Assembly (NCBI GenBank): GCA_047967505.1
Contig: CM106538.1
Source: Dipteris shenzhenensis
Lineage: Eukaryota
Reading direction: 5' to 3' (one strand)
DNA: 64,000 nucleotides
Notes under the pieces: generated by a model
The model's database searches: none
Seen by the model: the letters and a program-made list of their open reading frames with translations, nothing else
Told to the model about the DNA's origin: nothing
Translations under genes and position numbers: made by a program
In this document: piece after piece, positions 25,601-40,083 of the stretch
Position numbering within the stretch: the first letter of the stretch is position 1
How the letters are laid out: each line of letters opens with the position of its first letter

Positions 25601-28600
25601 CTATTCACAGAGGGATTGCAATGAACTTGTGGAGGTTCAAGCTACATGTCCTCGTTGCCATTTTGCAGTTGAGACAGCTCAGCAATGCTTTCGGGGGTGT
25701 AGACATGCAAGGACGAAATCTGGAAGGGGCTTGCTAGGATCTTATGGACTTTCCATATATCACCCTTCTTCATGACTTAAGGCTCAGCTGCTTGGCTATC
25801 TCTTACGGGGCCTTAGGTCTCTTAAAGGGACATGATTCAGAAGTGGTTTTTTGTGTTCGTCGTCACGTAGTAGAGTCATGTTCTCTCCAAGATATCTCAT
25901 TCACTCCTTTCGAAGCTGCACATGATTCTGTAGACACTTCTTGGGAGATTCTGGCTAGTATTTCAGCATGGCATATTTAATGTGCAGAGGCATTGGATGG
26001 ATCCCAGGTTCATCCCTCTCAAACACTGGCCAGTATTTGGACTGATACTATACATACCTTGATGGCCATTTGGGTGAGCATGTAGGGGTCATCGAGAGCA
26101 GCCTCTCTAGGAGGAACACTTATTTCAAAGTATGGAGGGGATCTCCTGTATTCTCAGATCTTGCTTCAAGGTTGACATGGCATTTTCAGCCTCAACCCTG
26201 GTTATTTGCTATCTCTTTTTGAGCTTTGATTTCTTTCATGCATTTATTGCCATAATGTACTTCCGCATTAAGGTTGCTCCTGCGGTTTTCTTTCATACTT
26301 AATAGAAGTACTTTTTTTGCAAAAATACGCTCAACTTGACCAAATACAAGCGAATTGTAGGATCTTGTAGGTTTGGACAACATTGGTTCACTTCAGGTTT
26401 TTGGGGTGCCACATCACCCAAAACTGTGGGTGAGGGAAGGGGGCATTGTGTGTAAGCTCACACTTTTACTTTCATTTGTAATTCAGTTGAGCTGCTCATT
26501 GTGAACATCTTGCAAGATTGGACTTCAGCTGGTACCTTTCCTCTGTATCTTTATGGATTAGTGCCAAAATTCTGTGTTTTGGTTTATGCTCACTCAATGA
26601 TCTGGATGAATTGCTTGCTAGCCTTGAAGCTGGAGATCTCTACCTCATAAAGTGGATTGTGGTTTTCAAGAGCCCCTAAGAATGTCGAATTTATAAGTTA
26701 AGGATGAAGTTTGGTTCAAAATATCCCCTGTTCAGAGGACATTATTACATGAATCGCAATGACTTTCGTTTCCTTAACAGTACAAGGATATCGTTGGTAC
26801 GGACTACCTCTTTTTGACTACGCTTTCAAATGAATTTAATCACTTCATCTTGTTTATCTTGCTGAAGTCAAAATTTCACCCCAATTGCAATGGCCTAGGG
26901 ACTAACTTATCTTGTAGCTTCAAAATGTCATAATGTAGCTTGTATCTCTTGTGGCTGTTTGCCAGATCTCCAGATTTTTTAGACTCACGTAGCGAAACAA
27001 GTTTTTTTGAGTGTTTTATTTGAATCTGATTTGTTCTGCTTTATCTCTGATATAATAAAAAATTTGTAGGATTTAATGAGATTTTTATATTGTTTTCGAT
27101 AGATTGGTTGCTTTTCTAATGCATACTTTTTGGACGTTTTAGGCAGAGACTGTGGTGAATTTTGCTTTCGGCTGTTTGGTTGAAAGTACCAAACACAGCA
27201 GATGTGAAAATACAAACACAGTTTTTGAGCAGGTATGTGTAACAGGCATGCTGCCTTCTATGAGACTAGGCATATGTTTCCTTTGGACCTTATGTGAAGT
27301 GGCTGTGATGGAGCCTGCTGTGCTGTATGACAGGGAAAAAAAGTGTGCATGTTTCTTCAGAAAAGCATATAATCCTCCTTCCATCTCCCTCCTCATTCCC
27401 TCCTTCACGTGCTATGTCTGGAATCTCCCCGGCCTCAACCTCATCCTTCTGCGTCTGGCATCTCCTTCATTTGGATCATGGTGGCTCGTTTCTGATGGGA
27501 CGGGTTGTTTGCAGGGCTACTTGTTCGTCCTTTCAGCTCCACTCTTTTGTTTGAAGAAGGAAGCTGGATGATAGTTTAGATTCTGATGCATTAGATGCAA
27601 ACAAGGATCTTCAGAAAACTAATCGGATGAAGATTGATCCTTCTAGGCCAACAGATATGACGCTAGGTATGATGCCAACCATGAGATTACCTCACGTAGA
27701 GTGAGTGATCACGCAGAGTGAGTGATTCTTGAGCTGTAGTCTAGTATTTTGACAGTGGTGCTCCTAGACATATCACTTGTAGAAAGAATTTATTTGCTGA
27801 TTTACAGCCTGCTCTAGTGGGCAAGAGAGTGTCTTGCACCAACAATTATTCATATGTTCTGAAGGGAGTTGTTGGGGCCAATTTATGCATTCCAAAATAG
27901 GTTTTGGTTGGAAATGGCCAGATGCATGATTAAGGGGAAAAGACTGCCACATATTCTGCTTAATGTGTGCAACACAGACTTTGAACAAATGCCCAACCAA
28001 GGCTGAAAGTGCCACCTCAGTCCTGCTATAAACTTTGAGAAGAAGGCAGAGCCTCTCCATTCCCTAAGAAAAATATCCCTCCTAGAAGAGGCTGCTCGGG
28101 AGGAACCATGCACGGTCGCCCAATTGGCCATCAAAGTATGTATGGTATCAGTCCAGATACTAGCCATGGTGTGAGAGGTATGGACTTGAGATCTATCCAA
28201 TGCCATTGTGCATCTGGCTCTCTAGATATGCCATGCTGCAATACTCGCGAGTCTCCCGAGAGGTTAAAGGGAACATCATCTAGATAGCAATACTCAACTA
28301 AGTGTCATTGAACCGAGATAGCCCAATAAGAGTACTACCTCTCAAAGAAGACTTAGGGCCCCGAAAGAGAAAGCCAAGCCATTGAACCCCAGGTCATATA
28401 GCAATGGGAAGAATCAAATGTACTGAAGATCCTAGCAATCTCCTTCCAAAGAACTCTCATTTGTGTCAAAGGAGTCCATCAGAGGCAAATCTTTCTCTCA
28501 ACTTAGAGGGGTATTTTCGGCTAGTATTAATCCTATATGAGGATGACCTCATCATTACAAGGGATCATACGGCAATGATAAATTGACTCCTCAATAGATC

Positions 28601-31600
28601 TACAACGAGGACGAGTAGAGTCCGCCCCAAACTTGGACCTCCACAGATTCACTGGAATACCTCGAGGAATAGACAACCAAAAGAATAGAGATATTACATT
28701 CCTGAGGGATTTCTAGGGTCTTCTCCAAAAGTCTATCTGCAAGTCAACAGAATTATGAAAGTTCTCCCAATGAGGGGATTTGGAGGCTCTAGAACTCATC
28801 TGAAACTTCCTAGCATTACTTATAGTATAACAAAAGAAGGGGAGGCTCCTCTCTTGGTGCCCTGCATCAATCCCCTCCTGGATCCCATTGCAGGATCCCA
28901 CTGCAAGAACTTGATATAGCCAAATCCTCTAAGAATCCAAGAGATAAAGATGTGGGTTTGGATTTAGGTGCCACTCTAATCGTTGCCGTGCTCCATAAAC
29001 CCTATGATCGTGACATGCTAGAATGGAATGCCCAAGAGAATATCATCTGTCACCAAGGATCCTCTTGTGCTCCTCGAAAGGCTATGACCTGAAGTGGAAT
29101 GCCTGTCCTTGAGAAAGACCCCATCCAAGTAGAACAAAAACCGGCTTTCATCCCTATCCGCCCATCCTCGGGTAAGGCCACATCTATCTGTTGGATCCTC
29201 CCTACACTTCGTCTTAGTGGCTTACCATTTGCTGTTTACAGTCCTTTGGAAGCTTTTTGAAAGCCTTTTGGGATCCTACAGAGGAGGCAACATCAAATCT
29301 TTTTTTGCATCACTCCAGTTCTCTCCATCCCCAATCTTCCTACCATTTCTCATATGAATTGTAAATAGGGTCTTTGGATGCTAGGAAAGAGGATTTGTTT
29401 AGAAATGCTTTTCCAAGCACACGGTTGTGGATGGACTGGGAATGCAGAGCATCCCCACCCCTGTAAAACCTCCATCTAACAAATGTTAGACATCCTTCGC
29501 TCCATGAGATCTGATTTCCTATAGCAAAATGGTCTTTACCTTCCTTATCAAAATCTTACCATTGTTCAAATGTTCTGGTTCTCCAAATGGATAGGAGAGA
29601 ATTTGCTAAAACATCTCTTTATCATTCCTGAGATTTGCATGTGCCGTTCACTAAAGTATCTCTACCTCAATAGCATCACCGCATAGTACCTCTATCTCAT
29701 ACGTCTATGCATTATCTCTAACATCCTAGCATTGTGTACCCCTACTCAACAAAAAGTCAAAATTCCTATTTGTGTTAGTGTATATGGGTGGGGGAGTGGT
29801 GAAAAGGGGGGAGAGGTCAAGTTTTTTGCATTATTGAACGAAGGAGGTGGAATAAAGGGGCATGGAAAGGATTGGGACATGATCATTAAGTGAAAAGAAG
29901 AAAGGGGGCGGGAAGGCTATTTGTCAGCATCTGTGCCATGGTGCCATGCAAGAGTGGTAGGGGAAGGTCACCTTTATGGTACACAAACTCATACATGGGG
30001 CGTGGTTGGTGTGCTTGTGCATGGGTATGGTGGCCCTAGGCAGGCATGTATGGTTGTCTACTTTGTAATGCTTTGGATGCGTGGTGAAAGTGGCGATGAA
30101 GTCCACGATCGATGGCTCCCAATGCAGCATCACTAAGAAAAAAGCTGGAACAGAAATGCATTACAAATTAAATTAAGGACATACATGAAGCCTTACGAAG
30201 GGTTAACTGAGGAAGATGTGTGAACTAAAATGAAAACAAATAGGCTGGAACTATAGAAAAGCCATTATGCCTATGCTATTTGCAAACCCTCCGTATATTT
30301 GATCTATGTTGATGCTGTTACGTGATCTATTTCTTTGTAATAGCACTATGTGCTATCTGTACCTTTGTTTTTGGATTTCATGAGATAATGTTTATACTAC
30401 TCCCTCACTATGCTTAAGGTGAGCTTAACACTCCCTTTACCAAGATCTTTATCCTTAAGGCAATGACCCATTGAAACCTCACCATCCTATGTGTAGATGT
30501 TGAAATATATGATAGAGAAGCCTTAGCTCCTTAAGAAAGTACATTTGGAAGGCGATCACACAAAAACTTTTTGCAACTTGCATTGTTAATGTCAGTTGTT
30601 CTATTTCTATATGCTAGTTTTTTCCTTTTGTTTTTTTCGTTAAATTTAAAATTCACTTCGTTGGTGTCTTTGTGTTGGGGGGGTACAGTGTCCTCTACTA
30701 AATGTGAGCTATTGCCCACCCTCAGAAGCTAACAAAGAAGCAAACCAAAGCCTGGTGAGAGTTTTTGCCTCAGTTTCTTGTTTTGATTACAGCATTGTCC
30801 TTTACCCTTGTACATATTGAAGCTCTATGATCATGTTAACGACTTAACTATGCATATTTTAGTAGTCTTGATGCCAAAAATGAGTATAGTATTTTTGCCA
30901 AAAATGAGAATCATATTTTAGTAGTCTTGATGCCAAAAATAAGTATAATTATCTTATCTCAGGTGGTGCTTGCATACAATGCCCTAGGATGGAATCGCAC
31001 TGAATACATCCGCATTCCAGTAAGCTTTACTTAAAGCCTTTTTCTCATTTTGGAGAAGTCATACTAATCCACTTTATCAATCTGAAGAAATGGATTGTTT
31101 TGCCCTTGCACATTTTGGATGTTTGTTAGTGAGTTGGATCTAAAGAAGTGATATTGTAATTTCCTCGCCTGAAACAAGAAATACAAGTGGAGCATGATGT
31201 AGGGGAAGAAGGATGACTATGCAAGACATAACATTGCATGTCATGCCTTGAGTTGGTGGGAGGCGAGAGGCTTACCTCTGTTATAGAGCTTATTTATTGG
31301 AAATTGCAGACCAGCTGTCTCATGCAAGTACATGACTTTTGCATGCCATGGCGAGTTGGTGGAAGGCTACATGCTTTGCTCTGTTATAGAGCCTATGCAA
31401 ACAGTTTGAGTTAGCCAGTGGACTCGGGAGCTTATACATATCGGAGACACTTTTAAGCACATAATTGCTAATATTGTAAGTTCAATAATCAGGTCAAGCA
31501 AGTTTATGCTTAGATATGTCGGTAGTATTACATGTGGTTGTTTTCTGAGGCTGCACTCAAATGGGGCTATGTTGTATATTTATCCAAGGACTAGACCTTT

Positions 31601-34600
31601 GTGGTTTGGGAGCAAATCTAGGCGGGTGACAGCATTGTGAAAACGTGTATTGTACAAGCTCCATGCATATCAAGTGATGCTTCCTTACAGGAAACAGCTC
31701 TTCTTCAAAACCTGAGGTTGAGGTTTTGCTCTGCATCAAACTGTATCTTGGAAATCAAAATAATGTACAAATGGCTGGGTGAGAGCTTTGAAAGGGTGTT
31801 GAGAGTGAGCGTTCTATGGCATATCAACTTGGCATGCAATGGGTAAAATGCAAAAACAGAGGCCTTGAAGTGCATGGAGAATCTCATGGCTTACAAAATG
31901 CCTGCAGCATAAGTGGGGACGTATGGAGCTGGAGAGCCTGGGCAGTGAGGTGTGGGACTCCTTTCACGTGTCCAGTGGCATGAGTATTTTGTGTTTACCC
32001 GTGACATGGACACATAGCACCTCTCTAGGGGGAGCAGATTGGTGGATGAAATTTTGTGGAAGTCAAACAAAGGGTTCATGTGTTGGTGTAGGAAGAGTCA
32101 CTAATCAGTGGACTCTTTGGAAAACGAAAAAGAACCACAATTTTGAGTGTAAGTCAAAACATCGAGCGACCGCGTTCGAGCGAGTCTAGAGTTCGAGCGA
32201 TGCTTGTGATGAAAAAGGAGAGGAGTCATGAGGTGGGACTACGAACAGTGGTTTGATGAGCGAATTGTATGAGGGAAAGTTAAAGGATTTTAGAAAGGAA
32301 GCATAAAAATGGAATTTTGCTTTGTTTAAAACCATGGTTCCAATTCATTCTTTTAACACATTGATCATATGGAAACAGATTGCATTCTTGAAGTTTATTT
32401 TATTGAGAGGTGGACATGATTGAGAGGTGGACATGATTCCAGCAAGAAATCTCAATGATACCACATAGCATGACAAGTGGTTATTTCCATGCACTCAAAT
32501 GGCTTAATATGCATTTGAAGTTTATAACTCCATGGTGTTCTATAGTGCGGGTTTCCCAATGGAGTCCAAAACAGCAACATACTCTTTAACACAAAATGAA
32601 GAGTACCTTTTAATACAATATAAATCCATTCTTTCATTCAATCCATGTCATTTTACATTATGCAATGCTAATATGGCTTTGGGGCCTACAATATACTCAA
32701 TACTCCAAAAGGCACAAAGATTCACAAAACACTTTAACCACTATCTTCACACTCATCATCTACAAAAGGGCTACAAATGCGTGAACATTGTGTTCCAAGT
32801 TGATCAAACCGCTTGTCCTTCGCCATGGCTCTAGCCATTCCTTCAGCATATGTAGGCAAAGCACTACAGGGACAAAATTAATAGAGAGTAAGTTGAAACT
32901 GCATAACATTGACCACAGAGTAACAAGATAACGAAGACAAGTCAACCATTCCACCATGACAACGAAAATCAAACGTCTAACTTCAAGGATGACAATCTTC
33001 TCTGAAAATGTAATTTTCAAGCACAAAATATAAAAAGTGTACCACTAGCCAATGTAAAGCATGACAATAGGAAAGCAAAGTGTCTCACTAGTCATCAAAG
33101 GGATTATAAGTGGGATTTGAAGAATATTCATCCTCCCCCATATCCTTGTCATCCCTATGAGGTGTCTTTGCTAGGGATGCATGCACTAGTGGCAGCACAT
33201 ATGTATCCACCATGATTGTATCCACATCAAATGAATAACAACATCTTCCACTAGCCTGGCATGCCCTCATGAGAGGGCATGTGCCACATCCCATCTCCAG
33301 AACCAGACCTCGTGGCACACATATCAAAGCCAAAATCATAGAGACAAATCCTAAGGAGCGCTCAAGAGCACCCCTAGCACCCTCAAGCTGCGAGCTGGAA
33401 GATGAGGCACCACGAGTCCGCTCTGTCTCAGGCATGTAGTGGGTCCACATGTCATCGCTCACTCGCACCCCATGCATATCAAACAGAGAACGGCTCTCGG
33501 TCTTGAAAATGGGTGTGGAGGCTCCATTACGACATGCAAATACCAGCATGGAAGTACGAATCTACATAAAAATATTGAAATCAGCTTCATTGTTCACTTT
33601 TTCAATTGCGAAAGACTTTCAAAAAAGTAGATGAAGCATATACCGGCATGTCCTGCCCTGATTGTTTTACGAAGCCGCACTCATTCTTGTCCAACACCAT
33701 TACTCTTCTTGCTATCTGAAGGTCTTCGACTTTAACATACCTCTCCATCCATGTCAAGCAAGGGCCTGAAAATTCGTTGCATTAGTTCAAATCATGGTGG
33801 AAAGCTTAACAAATGCACATATACATATCAAGAATCCTACTAACATCTCACACCACCTGCAATGGGACAAAGCATGGCAAGCCATCCATTGTCTCCTATG
33901 GTGGCTGCTGCTGTGGCCAAACCATACTTCACATGGTCCTCAGAAAGAATATTCCAAGAAGGTAATGGATTACTGACACCCAAGTTCTGTCCTGTGGGAA
34001 AGTCTAGGAAAATAAAATCTGCTGCCCATTTAACTTTTCTCCCCTTTTTCTTGTATTCCATAGAAGGGTCACGTGCGGACAAAAAGAACTCATGGATCTT
34101 AGCATACATATCATTTTTTCTAGCGCATGCAAAGTCCTGGCCCATCAAAATGTAGTCTCCCACAGAGCATTCATACGTAGCCAACCCTCCATAACGCATA
34201 GCATGTTCTAGCGATAGTGGTGGACAGAAGATAAATGGAGTGACAACTTTCACTATCTTTTTTCCTGTTGACAAAAACAATCCATTGCTGAACATATGCA
34301 AGAAGCTCATCCCAAGTCTTATCCACTTCAAATAAAAAAACTCAAAGATTAATGGAATTGAAATAATACCATTTATCCCATCACCAACATCAATAGAAGG
34401 CTCCGCAGGCGGTGGAGATGGTGTTCTCTCCACATCCTTGTCTGTCAAGAAAAAAAGGACAAACGAGCTCAAAATACTTTTGGTTTACAACTAGTTTGAC
34501 TGACCCTACCTTCCTTGTAGCATGTTTCAAACACACCAAATAAACCAACCTTCCTTGCAGTCTTTCTTCTCTATTTTTCGTGTTGTTCTTCTTGGATTAT

Positions 34601-37600
34601 CCTGATCCTTGCTTATTTCTATGGTCTTTTTTGTTGTAGAATATTGCTTGTACAAATCAAGCTCTCGTGTAAGCACATTACCACCTGAAAAATCTAACCA
34701 CCAAGGGCAATTGACAAGCTCCCACTGTGAGTGTCCATGCATGGACTTAGGATACATACAAGTAGTTGGATTGGCCATCTCTGTCCAACCCTTGCAATGT
34801 CTTGGAAGCTCATCGATCTTGCCCTCATTCTTCAAACATGAGAGATATCTGAGCAATTCCCAATGGTAACAGTGGTTAGAATTATGAGGCAAACAATGAA
34901 TGGAAAAGAATACATGTTGGAAGAATCGACAAGGTGTTCACCTAAAGACGACTCGATGAGCTGCCTGATCCAGTTCTGTCATCTTGGTAGCTACCTTCCC
35001 CTTCCCAACACCACTGAGTTCACTAAACTCTCTAATTTTCAAAGAGGTAAACATACACTTCCTTCCCTCCAATTTGATGTCATCAAAATACTGACCAAGA
35101 CTGTACTCAGAAGGTAGGGCAAACAACCGCCCAATGCTTTTAAGCTCCTCAAGCACACCAATGGCATGAGTTTCAATCTTCTCCAAGAAAATTTCTCGGG
35201 CCAGCCACCTGTAATAGCAATATGCCATCGCATTGGAATAACAAAGCACAAGAAGTAATATTATGATTGCCGAAATAATAGCACAAAAAAAGAAGACTCA
35301 ATTGGCTTATGCTCGGTATGGAATATCTGAAGGAGGCATGTGATACATATTCCGCATGATTGTGCTAGCCTCCAACAAAGACAGGTACTGAATTTTCCTC
35401 TCCAATTTCAATGGTGCAAGGGCAATGCACTTAATCTTTTCAAGAGTGATAACCTTCTCCGCCGCATCAAAGTTCAAAGAAAATAGCTTGGCTTTCCAAA
35501 CATCCCCTAGTTGGGGTTCAAGACAATTGAGCACCTACAAAACATTACTGGGCATGATTTCTCAAACTTTTTAAATTGACCAATGTACTTGAACCATAAA
35601 CCAAGAGTGAAGTTACCCGTCCCATCCGATCGGATATTTTTCTTTGCACTGCATCTATCTCCTTCTTCTCTGCCGCTGCTCTCTCCTCTACTGGAACTAC
35701 AGATTTTATCCTCTCTAGAGCTCTCTTGACATCAGTGTTATATTCAACCTGCAAGACATAATGAAAGCAACCAAAATGCACCTTTTAGCATTGACAGACA
35801 ATCAATGAGGCTTTTCATAACAATAAAATCTTAGGGTGAATAGAAATATTAGTATCACCTGGAATACAAGACGTGCCAAATACCCTCTGCTCAAAGGGTA
35901 CCAACCAGCATTCCCCTTAACCTCCTTGGTTCTGGCATTGTTAATTGCCTTGCGCTCTTGTGAGGACAAGGAGTTCATGAAAGCTTGGGCATCGCACTCA
36001 CAAATGTTGTTGGCATTTATGAGCACATTCCTCAAGCTAGGCTTGATCACAGCATGCTCATTCAATCTACAAAGAAAAAATTTATGAGTTCTTCTTCCCA
36101 AAATAGAACGCAGAGTAGAAAAAAACAGTACTTTTAAACAAATCTTACGAGTTCATGCGCTGCAAACTTGCCAAAAGAGAAATTTCAGTTGTCTTTCGTG
36201 GATCAATCAAGGTGCACATCACCCTAATATGCCGTGCTTTGGTCTCTCTATATGATTCCTCAATCACAGCCATCCAAGCCATGGTTCTATGGTTTCCTTC
36301 CCACACATAGAACATCTTGTTAGATAGGTATAGCAAATCGGGCTTTAATGCAAGTTCCTTCTCAAATACTTCTTCAACTTCTCGCCACATTGGTGACCAA
36401 GTCTGTCTGATCTCTGATGTAACCTCTGTCTCCTCTCCACTCCCAGTGCAAACAGAAACTATAAATGCACCCTTCTCAGGGAGATATCCCTCATACTGGA
36501 AAGCACTTTTAAGTGCAGCCACATCACTTCTCAAACCCCTAACCCTGGCATATGTAAGAAGTCTACACAAGGGCAACCTAGGACACTCATCTGAACTGAG
36601 AATCCTGCATCTTGAAATAACATCACCCCCACTAACAAGATCCAAGGAAATATCTTCCACCACTGAGTCCATCTCATCATCCACAACATCTGCCATGTCT
36701 TCTGTGCTAGCAGGAACATCCATCTCTGATTTATCCCCACCTTGATCTCCCGCCTCGAGTTCCTCTTGAACCTTTCTGGTCCTCTTTCCTCCCTTTTTTT
36801 TAGGTGGTGTCCGGGATTTCTCTTTGCCCCTCCTTCTCATCTTGGTAGGGCTCACACTTTCTCCTGTTTCCATCTGCACACACGAAGCTCAGTTATGTTA
36901 GTCACATAGTATAATAACTCGGGTATACCAGTAACATCTCATAGTAACATCCATGTTAATTCGTAAGTATACTAACTATATGTGAGTAAAGTAAGTAGAC
37001 TACTGGCTAGTCACTATTTTGTCATTGTGGATTTGTTAGTATTGTGACATCTAACACTAGTCTGATATATCATAACTACATATGTAAGTATAACTAGTTA
37101 TAGTCCACTAACATATACGTAACCACTAGAATATACTTACCTCCAAGAAATATACAAACATACAACTAACATATACACAGCTCAGACTAGTTAATAGACT
37201 AGTAAAAGTTTACTAACATATAACTAGTTGTAGCTAAAATGTACTAAGTTTACCAAAAAACAGCAAACAAAAGAGATTTTGAAGTGGCTTCTAGCTCCCC
37301 ATTTCATGGGCTGCCCCATTTCATGGCCTGCTCCCAGGGGGCAAAGCATGCTGGGCTGCTGGGCTGCCTCATTTCATGGGTCCATGGGCTGCTCATGAGA
37401 GCCCCATGAAATGGGGCAAACCATGCTCCCAGGGGGCCGCAAAATCGCGGTCCTCTGGGAGCATGCTTTGCCCCATTTCATGGGGCTCTCATGAGCAGCC
37501 CATAGTCCACTAACATATACGTAACCACTAGTTATAGTCCACTAACATATACATAACCACTAACATATACGTACTATAGATATATCATAACTAGTTATAG

Positions 37601-40041
37601 TCCACTAACATATACGTAACCACTAGAATATACTTACCTCCAAGAAATATACAAACATACAACTAACATATACACAGCTCACACTAGTTAATAGACTAGT
37701 AAAAGTTTACTAACATATAAATAGTTGTAGCTAAAATGTACTAAGTTTACCAAAAAACAGCAAACAAAAGAGATTTTGAAGTGGCTTCTAGCTCCCCATT
37801 TCATGGGCTGCCCCATTTCATGGCCTGGGAGGGCCTGCTCCCAGGGGGCAAAGCATGCTGGGCTGCTGGGCTGCCTCATTTCATGGGCCCAAGGGCTGCT
37901 CATGAGAGCCCCATGAAATGGGGCAAAGCATGCTCCCAGGGGGCTGCGATATCGCGGCCCCCTGGGAGCATGCTTTGCCCCATTTCATGGGGCTCTCATG
38001 AGCAGCCCATAGTCCACTAACATATACGTAACCACTAGTTATAGTCCACTAACATATACATAACCACTAACATATACGTACTATAGATATATCATAACTA
38101 GTTATAGTCCACTAACATATACGTAACCACTAGAATATACTTACCTCCAAGAAATATACAAACATACAACTAACATATACACAGCTCACACTAGTTAATA
38201 GACTAGTAAAAGTTTACTAACATATAAATAGTTGTAGCTAAAATGTACTAAGTTTACCAAAAAACAGCAAACAAAAGAGATTTTGAAGTGGCTTCTAGCT
38301 CCCCATTTCATGGGCTGCCCCATTTCATGGCCTGGGAGGGCCTGCTCCCAGGGGGCAAAGCATGCTGGGCTGCTGGGCTGCCTCATTTCATGGGCCCAAG
38401 GGCTGCTCATGAGAGCCCCATGAAATGGGGCAAAGCATGCTCCCAGGGGGCCGCGATATCGCGGCCCCCTGGGAGCATGCTTTGCCCCATTTCATGGGGC
38501 TCTCATGAGCAGCCCATAGGGCTCTCAAGAGCATGCTTTGCCCCATATTATGGGCTGCTAGGATGCTCATGAGAGCCCCATGAAATGGGGCAGAGCATGC
38601 TCCCTAGGGGCCGCGATATCGTGGCCCCTTGGGAGCTTGCTCTGCCCCATTTCATGGGGCTCTCATGAGCAGGGGGCAGCATGTTGGGATGCTCTTGAGA
38701 GCCCCATGAAATAGGGCAAAGCATGCCCCTTGGGAGCATGCTTTGCCCCATTTCATGGGGCTCTCATGAGCAGCCCATAGGGCTCTCAAGAGCATGCTTT
38801 GCCCCATATTATGGGCTGCTAGGATGCTCTTGAGAGCCCCATGAAATGGGGCAGAGCATGCTCCCAAGGAGCCGCGATATCGCGGCCCCTTGGGAGCATG
38901 CTCTGCCCCATTTCATGGGGCTCTCATGAGCAGGGGGCTGCATGCTGGGATGCTCTTGAGAGCCCCATGAAATAGGGCAGAGCATGCTCCCAGGGGGCCG
39001 CGATATCGCGGCCCCCTGGGAGCATGCTTTGCCCCATTTCATAGGGCTCTCATGACCAGTCCCATGCCCCATTTCTGGGGCTCTCATGAGCAGTCCCATG
39101 CCCCATTTCTGGGGCATGGGACTGCTCATGAGAGCCCCATGAAATGGGGCAAAGCATGCTCCCAGGGGGCCGCATATCGCGGCCCCCTGGGAGCATGCTT
39201 TGCCCCATTTCATGGGCTGCTGGGCTACTCATGATGGCCCCATGAAATGGGCTGCTGGGCTGCTCATGATAGCCATAGCCGGGGTTCTGAGAGAAAATTC
39301 TCAGTCCCGAGAAAATTCTCTCTATGAGGACGTGGTGATGCCAAGCCGATCAAAATGGCCTTCTGGACCTCAGAAACAGGGGAGCATTATTAGCAGACAG
39401 ATTTGATGGGCTATATATATATAACAGGCTACAGCTATTTAAAAAGGGCTCCAAGCTGAGCTGGAATTGGAGCTGGTTGATGTAGAGATGACAACTGCCA
39501 CTGCCACCTTCCAACTTTACTTCTATCTCTCTCTCTCACAGCAAATTTTATTAGCAAGCCCTCTTCACTATCCATCCCCGTACTAGTTTTCATGGCTACA
39601 AATAGCTCAAAGCTCGGTTGTTACAAAGTTCAAACAGTTCAAAGCTCGGCTGTTGGGCACTTGATGTGTAGCTGTCTGCCCGTTTTCTTCACTAACCTTA
39701 ACCTACTTTTGCAGCCAGTTTTTATCGTCTACAAACAGTCGATAGGGTAGGTCAGCTTAGTGCAAACTTTTAGCGAGGCCTCTTCACCAACCTGCCAAAA
39801 CCGTCATTCTCACCTGTTGGGCACTTTGATGTAGCGTCCACTCTCTCTGCTTAGCAGATTTGAGCAAGTCCTCTTAATTAACCCAAACCCACTTTTGCAG
39901 CCAGGTTTGATGGGCGAGAGTCACTGAAAAGCTTGAAGCTCTTCAGCTCCAGCAGCAACTTTTACTATAACCTGCAAGGCTAGAATCACTTAAAAACTTC
40001 AAGCTCACCTGTTGGGCACTTGATGTGGAGGTGGGAACTGC

Positions 40042-40083
<42 letters not shown>

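Noticed and set aside
32138-32149. 12-bp TSD (CAATTTTGAGTG) for the large element
   Set aside because: Register with the right TIR and with the small element's left end places the start at 32147, giving 9 bp; the extra GTG match is treated as coincidental.
33088-36873. Bacterial contamination as the source of the ParB-MTase gene
   Set aside because: The gene has nine spliceosomal-type introns and sits inside a TSD-flanked element within a plant gene intron.
37290-39270. CRISPR-like array
   Set aside because: The repeats are long palindromes and tandem duplications without unique spacers; there are no cas genes and the context is a eukaryotic intron.
37688-39406. Many short ORFs ([27 protein letters not shown]...)
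   Set aside because: They appear on both strands because the DNA is palindromic; no coding evidence.
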